64,000 bases of DNA from an uncultured Bifidobacterium sp. (lineage in GTDB: Bacteria; Bacteroidota; Bacteroidia; UKL13-3): the NCBI GenBank assembly GCA_964442045.1, contig CAYTWI010000007.1, positions 1,166-65,165 of the forward strand, read 5' to 3'. Position numbers and translations under genes: made by a program. Numbering within the stretch: the first letter of the stretch is position 1; every line of letters starts with the position of its first letter. The notes below the pieces were generated by a model. That model was not told the DNA's origin and did not search any database. It saw nothing but the letters and a program-made list of their open reading frames with translations. This document shows, in pieces, positions 56,592-64,000 of the stretch.

Positions 56592-59003
56592 TTATTTGGT
56601 GGCTTTTTTAGCCACTTTCTTGGCGGCTTTTTTAACTGCTTTCTTAGCAGCCGTTTTCGCTACCTTTTTTACAGCTATCTTTTTCGCTGCTTTTTTATTG
56701 GCAGCAGCTTTTGTATCGGCACTAGGTACTTTTACCAGCTTTATTAAATCTTCGTATGTAAGCGTATTTACATCTGAACCTTTTGGTAGTTTATAGTTGT
56801 CTTTACCATAAGCTAAATAAGGTCCCCAACGGCCATTTAATAACTTAAGATTGGTATCTTCTTCAAATACTTTAATAAGCTTATTGGCATCTTTTTCTCT
56901 TTTTTCCAATATTAACTCAATGGCTCTTTCAGCTGTTATACTAAATACATCATCGATTTTCGGAATGGTAGTAAACACACTGTTGTGCACTATATAAGGT
57001 CCAAAGCGACCAATAGCGGCTTTCATATCTTTATCCTCAAACTGGCCAACTATTCTTGGCAATTTAAATAGCTCTAAGGCTTCTTCTAAAGTAATGGTTT
57101 CAATTAACTGGTTGCTGCGCAAGCTGGCAAAACGTGGTTTCTCCGCATTGGCATCATCACTGTTTTCGCCTATTTGTGCGTAAGGTCCGTATTTACCTAC
57201 TTTTACTAATACAGGCTTTTTGGTTTCCGGATCAATTCCTAGCGAACGCTCTGCATTTTGGCGCTCTGCATTGGCACTGGTATTGGTTACCTCATTGTGA
57301 AAAGGAGTATAGAATTTTGAAATCATTTTATTCCATACCAGCTGGCCTCTGGCTATTTTATCAAACTCTTCTTCTACACTGGCAGTAAAGCCATAGTCCA
57401 TAATATTTTCGAAGTGTTTGGCTAAAAAGTCAGTCACAACCATTCCTATATCGCTGGGGAAAAGCTTTGATTTTTCGCTGCCATATTTTTCTGATTTTAC
57501 ACTGCGTGTGATGTTATTGTTTTCCAAAAATAAAACAGTAAAGTTTCTTTCTTTGCCTTCTCTGTCTTCTTTTACTACATAACCACGTTTTTGTACGGTA
57601 CCAATAGTTGGTGCGTAGGTACTTGGTCTGCCTATACCTAATTCTTCCAGTTTTTTTACCAAACTGGCTTCTGTATAACGTGGAGCTGGTCTGCTAAAAC
57701 GTTCTGTAGCATCTATATTAATTAAGCTTAATACTTCACCTACTTTTAAAGGTGGAAGCATTTTGCTGTTTTCATCATCGCTTTCGTCATCGGTACTTTC
57801 TAAATACACCTTTAAAAAACCATCAAATTTTAATACTTCACCTGTTGCAGTAAAAGTATCGGGCATGGTTGAAATGGTAACGGTGGCAATGGTTCTTTCT
57901 ATTTGTGCTTTGCTCATTTGTGAGGCAATGGCACGTTTCCATATTAAATCGTATAAGCGTTTTTCCTGTGCTGTTCCGTCTATTTCTGTTTTTTCGAAAT
58001 AGGTTGGCCTGATAGCCTCATGGGCTTCCTGTGCACTATCGCTTTTTGTAGTATATCTTCTTGGGTTTGAGTATTTATCACCATAGCTGGCAATAATGCT
58101 TTCTTTTGCATTGGCAATGGCTAACTCGCTTAAGTTAACGGAGTCGGTACGCATATAGGTGATGTGTCCATGTTCGTATAGTTTTTGGGCAACGCTCATA
58201 GTAGCTGTTACGCCAAATCCTAACTTTCTGCTCGCTTCCTGTTGTAACGTTGAAGTGGTAAAAGGAGCTGCTGGTGATTTTTCTGCCGGTTTCACTTCTA
58301 AATTTTTGATAGTAAAGCTGGCATTTTTGCATTTTTCTAAAAAGGCCTGAGCTTCCGCTTCTGTATCAAAACGTTTAGGTAACTCAGCATCCATTTGTTT
58401 ACCACCTACGTTAAACTTAGCGGTAACTTTAAATGCAGAGCTTTGGTTAAAGTTGTTTATTTCTCTTTCGCGTTCTACTATTAATTTAACTGCTACTGAT
58501 TGTACCCTGCCTGCTGATAAGCTTGGTCGTACTTTTTTCCATAATACGGGGCTTAACTCAAAACCTACTAACCTGTCTAAAACCCTGCGAGCCTGTTGAG
58601 CATCAACTAGGTTTTTATCAATAGTACGGGGATTTTCAACAGCACGTAAAATAGCAGGTTTGGTGATTTCGTGAAAAACAATGCGTTTTGTCTTTTTTGA
58701 ATCTAATCCCAATACTTCACTTAAATGCCAGCTAATGGCTTCTCCTTCGCGGTCCTCATCGGATGCCAGCCATACAGTTTCTGCTGTTTTCGATAATTTC
58801 TTTAATTCTGCAACGACTACTTTTTTATCGTCACTTACTTCGTAATGCGGTGTAAAATTATTTTTTATATCAATGGCTTCATCACCTTTTGCAAGGTCTC
58901 TGATGTGGCCATAACAGCTTTTAACAGTAAACTCACTACCTAGAAATTTCTCGATGGTTTTGGCTTTCGCAGGCGACTCAACAATTACAAGGTTTTTACT
59001 CAT
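56592..59003 (-). CDS. topA: DNA topoisomerase I with Lys/Ala-rich C-terminal tail
   Basis: MSKNLVIVESPAKAKTIEKFLG Toprim start, active-site region ITYMRTDS, and C-terminal repeats ending KAAANKKAAKKIAVKKVAKTAAKKAVKKAAKKVAKKATK. Confidence 0.9.
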   Translation of the reverse strand: MSKNLVIVESPAKAKTIEKFLGSEFTVKSCYGHIRDLAKGDEAIDIKNNFTPHYEVSDDKKVVVAELKKLSKTAETVWLASDEDREGEAISWHLSEVLGLDSKKTKRIVFHEITKPAILRAVENPRTIDKNLVDAQQARRVLDRLVGFELSPVLWKKVRPSLSAGRVQSVAVKLIVEREREINNFNQSSAFKVTAKFNVGGKQMDAELPKRFDTEAEAQAFLEKCKNASFTIKNLEVKPAEKSPAAPFTTSTLQQEASRKLGFGVTATMSVAQKLYEHGHITYMRTDSVNLSELAIANAKESIIASYGDKYSNPRRYTTKSDSAQEAHEAIRPTYFEKTEIDGTAQEKRLYDLIWKRAIASQMSKAQIERTIATVTISTMPDTFTATGEVLKFDGFLKVYLESTDDESDDENSKMLPPLKVGEVLSLINIDATERFSRPAPRYTEASLVKKLEELGIGRPSTYAPTIGTVQKRGYVVKEDREGKERNFTVLFLENNNITRSVKSEKYGSEKSKLFPSDIGMVVTDFLAKHFENIMDYGFTASVEEEFDKIARGQLVWNKMISKFYTPFHNEVTNTSANAERQNAERSLGIDPETKKPVLVKVGKYGPYAQIGENSDDANAEKPRFASLRSNQLIETITLEEALELFKLPRIVGQFEDKDMKAAIGRFGPYIVHNSVFTTIPKIDDVFSITAERAIELILEKREKDANKLIKVFEEDTNLKLLNGRWGPYLAYGKDNYKLPKGSDVNTLTYEDLIKLVKVPSADTKAAANKKAAKKIAVKKVAKTAAKKAVKKAAKKVAKKATK

Positions 59004-59173
59004 CAGTTTTATTTATAGGATAACAATATGAAATTTTTAATACGGGCGCAAAGTTCAAAATTTATTTTAAAAAGCAAGCTAATCTTAAAAAACCTTTGCC
59101 TGTTTAAAAGTTGAATTTGCTGTAAAGTGTTTTTTACCAGTAAAATACGCGTATATTTTGTGGGGAAAATAAC

Positions 59174-59365
59174 TTAATACCCCTGCGGATTTGACCGAGG
59201 CTTTACTCTTTTTTTCTTTACAAGTCCGTGTTTATCTATCCGGTTGTGGGTATCAACCTGGGTAAAATCAGGACATTTTTTTGATTTGCACCCGGTTAAT
59301 GTGTTATAGGACAAACCCACCAAACCAATTAATAAAAGTATTTGTATTTTTTTTAAAGGGTTCAT
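59174..59365 (-). CDS. Small basic lipoprotein, hypothetical
   Basis: 63 aa with lipobox LTGC and a basic C-terminus. It starts 18 nt downstream of the rnr stop on the same strand. Confidence 0.4.
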   Translation of the reverse strand: MNPLKKIQILLLIGLVGLSYNTLTGCKSKKCPDFTQVDTHNRIDKHGLVKKKRVKPRSNPQGY

Positions 59366-59383
59366 TGATGTATTGATTAAATG

Positions 59384-61600
59384 TTAACGCCTACGCTTTT
59401 TATTTCCTTTTCCTTTTGAACGTTCTTTTTCTTTTTTGAAACGTTGTTGGTTTTTACGTAATTCTTTTACCAATGCATCGCCTTCCATTTCTAAATCAAT
59501 CTGGCGTTTAATTACATCGGCTGCTACTACGCGTACTTTAACAGTGTCGCCTAACTGATATTTTTTGCGGGTGGCTCTGCCTACAATACACAGGTTTTTC
59601 TCATCGTATTCATAATAGTCGTCCTGCATATTGGTTAAGCGAATTAATCCTTCGCAACGGTACTGAGTTATTTCTACATACATACCCCATTCGGTTACTC
59701 CGCTTATAATGCCATCAAACGTTTCGCCTATAAAATCGCGTATATATTCTACCTGTTTATACTTAATACTGGCTCTTTCTGCATCGGAAGCTTTTTGCTC
59801 CATTGATGATGAGTGCTTACACATTTCTTCATACATATCCTGATTACCGCTTTTTTCACCATTTAAATAATCAAATAATAAACGGTGTGCCAGCAAATCG
59901 GGGTAACGCCTAATAGGAGAGGTAAAGTGTGAGTAATAATCGAATGCCAAACCATAATGCCCTGATTTTTTGGTGCTGTAAAATGCTTTGGACATAGTAC
60001 GTATAGCTTGGCTTTGTAATAGGTTTTGCTCTGGCTTACCTTCTACTTCCAACAAAAAGTTGTTAAGCGATTTGGCTACTTTATTGGGATTATCTAAATG
60101 TAAGCTATAGCCAAAACGTGCTGCAAACATACCGAATAGCTTCAGCTTGTCTTCGTTAGGGCTTTCGTGCACACGGTATACATAGGTGTATTTTTGGTTG
60201 CCTTTACCCATGGTAGCCACATATTCAGCTACTTTTTTATTAGCCAGTAACATAAACTCTTCAATTAGCTTATGGGCATCTTTTCGTACTTTTATATATA
60301 AGTCAACGGGTTTAAAGTTCTCGTCAAGTTTAAACTTTACTTCTTCTGTTTCAAAGCTGATAGCCCCGTTTTTAAAACGTTCATCACGCATTTGTTTGGC
60401 TAAATTATTCAGCAAAACTATTTCATCAGCATAATCGCCTGTACCTGTTTCTATGCGTTCCTGAGCTTCTTCATAGGTAAATCTTCTGTCACTGTAAATA
60501 ACGGTTTTACCAAACCATTCTGACAATACCTGTGCTTTATCGTTGATGGTAAACACAGCCGAAAAGGTAAGCTTTTCTTCTTGAGGGCGCAGTGAGCATA
60601 AACCATTGGATAGCTTTTCGGGAAGCATGGGGATGGTTCTGTCTACTAAATAAACGGATGTTCCGCGGTTATAGGCTTCTGTATTTAATTCTGATTTGGG
60701 TGTTACGTAATGGGAAACATCGGCAATGTGAACACCAATTTCATAAATACCTTTTTCTATTTCTTTGAATGAAATAGCATCATCAAAATCTTTGGCATCA
60801 GCCGGGTCAATGGTAAAAGTAAGTGTTTTTCTAAAGTCTTTGCGTTTACTTATTTCTTCTTTACTTATTTTATCACTAAAACGGGCAGCTTCTTTTTCAA
60901 CCGAATCGGCAAATTTATTGGCAAATCCAAATTCGGCTACAATAGCATTCATTTCGGTATTGTGTTCGCCCGGCTTGCCTAATATTTCAATTACTTCTCC
61001 CGTTGGATTATCATCGTGTGGCATCCAATGGGTTAAGCGTACTATTACTTTTTCGCCATTTTTAGCTTTGTTTATTTTCTCCTTCGGAATAAAAATATCG
61101 GTGTACATGCGCTTATCGTCTGCTACCAAAAAGGCATAGTTGAAGTTTACCTGTATGGTACCTACAAAATCTATTTTATCTCTGTTTACTATTTCAACAA
61201 TTTCACCTGTTGGTTTACCATTGTTTTTAGCACTGAGCAGTTGTACTTTAACTCTATCACCATGTAAGGCGGTGTTTACATTTTCTTTTTGTATAAAGAT
61301 ATCGTTGCTGTCATCGCCTTTTTCTGCTTCAATTGGCTTTACATAAGCAGCTCCGCGTTGGGTCATATCTACTATTCCTTCAATAAACTGAGCCGTAAAT
61401 ACTGCTGCAAATTTACCGGGTTGTACCTCTTCTAAAGCACCGGCTTTTACCAATTGTTTAATGGCAAGTATTACATCGTTTTTTTCTTCGGTACTGGTTA
61501 ATTCAAGCTTAGCCGCAATTTGTTTATAGTTTAATAATTTACGTTGGTTTTCGGCAAATACCTGTTCAACCTTACGTTTTATTTTATCTAGTTTAGCCAT
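59384..61600 (-). CDS. rnr: Ribonuclease R
   Basis: N-terminal HTH/cold-shock domains, RNB domain (TIDPADAKDFDDA, HYGLAFDYYSHFTSPIRRYPDL), a C-terminal S1 domain, and a basic tail. Confidence 0.9.
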   Translation of the reverse strand: MAKLDKIKRKVEQVFAENQRKLLNYKQIAAKLELTSTEEKNDVILAIKQLVKAGALEEVQPGKFAAVFTAQFIEGIVDMTQRGAAYVKPIEAEKGDDSNDIFIQKENVNTALHGDRVKVQLLSAKNNGKPTGEIVEIVNRDKIDFVGTIQVNFNYAFLVADDKRMYTDIFIPKEKINKAKNGEKVIVRLTHWMPHDDNPTGEVIEILGKPGEHNTEMNAIVAEFGFANKFADSVEKEAARFSDKISKEEISKRKDFRKTLTFTIDPADAKDFDDAISFKEIEKGIYEIGVHIADVSHYVTPKSELNTEAYNRGTSVYLVDRTIPMLPEKLSNGLCSLRPQEEKLTFSAVFTINDKAQVLSEWFGKTVIYSDRRFTYEEAQERIETGTGDYADEIVLLNNLAKQMRDERFKNGAISFETEEVKFKLDENFKPVDLYIKVRKDAHKLIEEFMLLANKKVAEYVATMGKGNQKYTYVYRVHESPNEDKLKLFGMFAARFGYSLHLDNPNKVAKSLNNFLLEVEGKPEQNLLQSQAIRTMSKAFYSTKKSGHYGLAFDYYSHFTSPIRRYPDLLAHRLLFDYLNGEKSGNQDMYEEMCKHSSSMEQKASDAERASIKYKQVEYIRDFIGETFDGIISGVTEWGMYVEITQYRCEGLIRLTNMQDDYYEYDEKNLCIVGRATRKKYQLGDTVKVRVVAADVIKRQIDLEMEGDALVKELRKNQQRFKKEKERSKGKGNKKRRR

Positions 61601-61726
61601 TATAATTGATTAAAATTAAGTGCAAAGTAATCATTACTTAGCTAGAGATATTAGCATATAATCCCCAATATGTATTTATTACAAGGGCTTTACTGTTTTA
61701 AAGGGTTGTACAATTTAAAACTAACA

Positions 61727-61759
61727 TTGTGCTGAATTGGGTTAATTAGCCTATTTTTG
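61727..61759 (+). promoter_or_regulatory. Candidate Bacteroidota-type promoter
   Basis: TATTTTTG (61752..61759) matches TAnnTTTG 22 nt before the ATG. A TTG at 61727..61729 lies 22 nt upstream. Confidence 0.35.
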
Positions 61760-61781
61760 GCAAAATTTATTAAACTCAAAT

Positions 61782-62621
61782 ATGAACAAAGTTATTGCAT
61801 TAACACTTGTTGCTGCTGCTTTTACACTCTCATCGTGTAGTAAGGATTCAGGACCTACTGAAGATAAGTGTGCGGGAAAATACGCACCAAGCGGTGTAAC
61901 CAATTTATTAATAAGCTTAGACCAGGACAAACAAATGGGGCTGGCTACGGTTGCTGAAATTGAAAAAAATCCATCGGAGTACCCATTACTGGATTCTGCT
62001 TCGTACCCGGTTGCTTATAGCCATATTTACCGTATTACTAAAAACATACTGGATAGTGGCGGAGTATATTACAGGAACGAATTTGCCTGGCGTGTGCGCA
62101 TTATAAAAAAGGATGATGTATTGAATGCTTTTTGTACTCCGGGAGGATATATTTATGTGTATACGGGTTTAATTAAATACCTTGATAATGAAACGCAACT
62201 GGCAGGTGTAATGGGTCATGAAATAGCGCATGCTGATAAACGCCACAGTGCTAACCAAATGGTAAAACAATATGGCTTAAATGCTTTAATAAGTGTATTA
62301 ACAGGTGGAAGCGCAGGTGAGTTAAGTACATTGGCAGCTAATTTATTATTGCTTAAATATGGCAGGGATGATGAAAGTGAAGCGGACAAATTCTCGGTTA
62401 AATATTTGAACGGAACGAGCTATGATGCAAGAGGTGCTAAATACTTTTTTGAAAAGCTGATTGCCAGCGGACAGGGTGGAAGCACACCGGCTTTTTTAAG
62501 CACACATCCAAATCCTGATACAAGGGTGGCTGATATTACGGCTGTTTGGGAATGTTACGGAAGTAAAGTAGGACAAACTTTTGACTCGCAATACATGGCT
62601 TTTAAAGCAAGTTTGCCTTAG
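61782..62621 (+). CDS. M48 family metallopeptidase lipoprotein
   Basis: Lipobox LSSC, HEIAHADKRH (HExxH), and a downstream ESEADKF glutamate. Confidence 0.8.
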   Translation: MNKVIALTLVAAAFTLSSCSKDSGPTEDKCAGKYAPSGVTNLLISLDQDKQMGLATVAEIEKNPSEYPLLDSASYPVAYSHIYRITKNILDSGGVYYRNEFAWRVRIIKKDDVLNAFCTPGGYIYVYTGLIKYLDNETQLAGVMGHEIAHADKRHSANQMVKQYGLNALISVLTGGSAGELSTLAANLLLLKYGRDDESEADKFSVKYLNGTSYDARGAKYFFEKLIASGQGGSTPAFLSTHPNPDTRVADITAVWECYGSKVGQTFDSQYMAFKASLP

Positions 62622-62642
62622 TACTTTATTTAATTATATTAT

Positions 62643-62679
62643 AAAAAAAGCCATTTCAATTTTTGAAATGGCTTTTTTT
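62643..62679. terminator. Bidirectional rho-independent terminator between convergent genes
   Basis: AAGCCATTTCAA / TTGAAATGGCTT stem flanked by A7 and T7. Confidence 0.8.
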
Positions 62680-62700
62680 ATTTACTAACTCTTTAAATAC

Positions 62701-64000
62701 TTATTGTTTAACAAACTTTCCAGTTAAGGTATAACCATTATTGTCAGTTACCTTTATTAAGTAAATTCCACTAGTTAAATCATCAATTGCTATTGTATTA
62801 TTGGTTAATACCGCATTTTTAACCAAAGCACCAGAAAGCGCAAATATTTGAATATCAATAATATTTGTATTGCTTTCAATACTTAAAGTTTTGGTAGCTG
62901 GATTAGGATAAATAGTAAATGTTAATGGATTAATTGTTTCTAAACCTACATTTTGAATTACCAAGGTATTACTGGTTGCTTCGCAATTGGTAGCATCTTT
63001 TACTTTTACTGTATAATCGCCATTGGCTACAGCAGTATGAGTTGCATTAGTAGCTCCAGCAATAATAGTATTATTTAAATACCATTGGTAAGAACTCAAA
63101 CCGGCAGTTGCTGTTAATACATTTTGATTATTACTAATAGTAACCGTTAATGGCGCATTTACTGTTAAGTTTAAAGTAATGATAGAATCACATCCCACTG
63201 CATTACTTGTGGTATCATAATATGTTCCTGATTGAGTTAAAGCATTGCCTTTAAAGGTAAATGTTTCGCCATTACAAATGGTTTTATTAAAGGTAAAAAC
63301 TGATTTTGCTTTAACCGAAACCGCTACAATATTTGAGTTTACTGTACCACAACTTGATGTAACTTCGCACTTATAATTTCCAGCATCGCTGCTTGATAGA
63401 CTATTGAAATACAAAGTATCATTATTTGAATTTGCAATTGCAGTTCCATTTTTAAACCAAGCGTAAGTATTGTTACTACCGGTAGCTACCAAACTTAAGT
63501 ACGAGGCAGAACCTTGACACAAGTTGACAGCATTAGGTTGATTGGTAATGCTAATGCCATTTACAATACTTAATGAAGTCGGATTAGAATTTACATTACC
63601 ACAAGTACCAGAAATTGAAACTGTGTAAATGCCTGAATCGGAAGGACTAACTAAAGTTTTACTAAAAGTACTACTGTTTGCTCCGGTAATATTATTGCCA
63701 TTTAATTTCCATTGGTATTGTAAATTATTACCTGTTGCGGTTACACTAAAATTAAAACCTTGGCTTGTGCATACTGATTGAGCTAAGGGTTGTGAGGTAA
63801 TTTGTGTAGGAGTGCTAAGTGTTAAAGTTGCTGTATTAGAGATAACATTTCCACATACATAAGATATCATCACCCTATAATTAGCAACATCGGCAGCAGT
63901 AACATTGGTTAAGAACAAAGAATCATTGTTGCTATTGGGAATGCTTACCTCATTTTTTTGCCAAACATAATTTACATTTTGGCCTACTGTTTTTATTACA
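62701..64000 (-). CDS. Ig-like repeat protein with T9SS C-terminal sorting domain; N-terminal part lies outside the window
   Basis: The frame stays open to nt 64000 (...YVWQKNEVSIPNSNNDSLFLTNVTAADV...), so the listed TTG start is internal. It has about 90-aa repeats Y.W..NG..I.......L.......D.G.Y.C.V...CG.V.S and a C-terminal FTIYPNPATKTLSIE...GIYLIKV tail. Confidence 0.75.
   Translation of the reverse strand, partial: VIKTVGQNVNYVWQKNEVSIPNSNNDSLFLTNVTAADVANYRVMISYVCGNVISNTATLTLSTPTQITSQPLAQSVCTSQGFNFSVTATGNNLQYQWKLNGNNITGANSSTFSKTLVSPSDSGIYTVSISGTCGNVNSNPTSLSIVNGISITNQPNAVNLCQGSASYLSLVATGSNNTYAWFKNGTAIANSNNDTLYFNSLSSSDAGNYKCEVTSSCGTVNSNIVAVSVKAKSVFTFNKTICNGETFTFKGNALTQSGTYYDTTSNAVGCDSIITLNLTVNAPLTVTISNNQNVLTATAGLSSYQWYLNNTIIAGATNATHTAVANGDYTVKVKDATNCEATSNTLVIQNVGLETINPLTFTIYPNPATKTLSIESNTNIIDIQIFALSGALVKNAVLTNNTIAIDDLTSGIYLIKVTDNNGYTLTGKFVKQ

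Noticed and set aside
40568-61600. Cluster of DNA/RNA-processing genes (parC, Pif1-like, UvrD-like, xerD, topA, rnr) as a defence island or dedicated DNA-processing system.
   Set aside because: All are recognisable single-copy housekeeping functions, interspersed with unrelated metabolic genes (nadC, gmhB, GT2). No nuclease, methylase, Toprim-OLD, TIR, Sir2 or similar defence-type partners are present.

Overview
This is a low-GC chromosomal segment that looks like Bacteroidota. The support is two proteins with T9SS-type C-terminal sorting domains, several TTTG-N19-22-TAnnTTTG-type promoter motifs, a Pif1-HTH helicase, DUF4159, and an HU-like/SPOR protein. All calls come from reading the supplied ORF translations and the DNA by eye; no database search was run.

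Most of the window is ordinary core genome:
- DNA metabolism: recN, parC, a UvrD-family helicase, xerD, topA, rnr.
- Central and cofactor metabolism: transaldolase/FSA, ribBA, carA, eno, nadC, gmhB.
- Other: rpsU, a MarR-controlled RND efflux operon, and MlaEF-like ABC components.

I saw no rRNA, tRNA, CRISPR array, transposase or prophage genes.

The most unusual content, in order:
1. An ~11 kb array (11892-22972) holds three paralogous TM-less multi-PAS histidine kinases and two receiver-only response regulators. The sensor modules are shuffled between paralogs. All three share an atypical H-box, SHNMRAP. Two carry LOV-like PAS domains with Pro in place of the photoactive Cys.
2. A TPR sensor kinase (33220-35262) has Asn where the phospho-accepting His should be, while its ATPase motifs look intact.
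3. A bacterial 3-hydroxyanthranilate dioxygenase overlaps a small MerR gene through a TAATG junction.
4. A secreted protein fuses MORN-like repeats to a vWA-like domain.
5. An HU-like/TM/SPOR protein is present.
6. A perfect 19-bp palindrome sits in front of marR.

I did not recognise a clear defence or mobile system. The kinase array is my best candidate for an undescribed signalling system.
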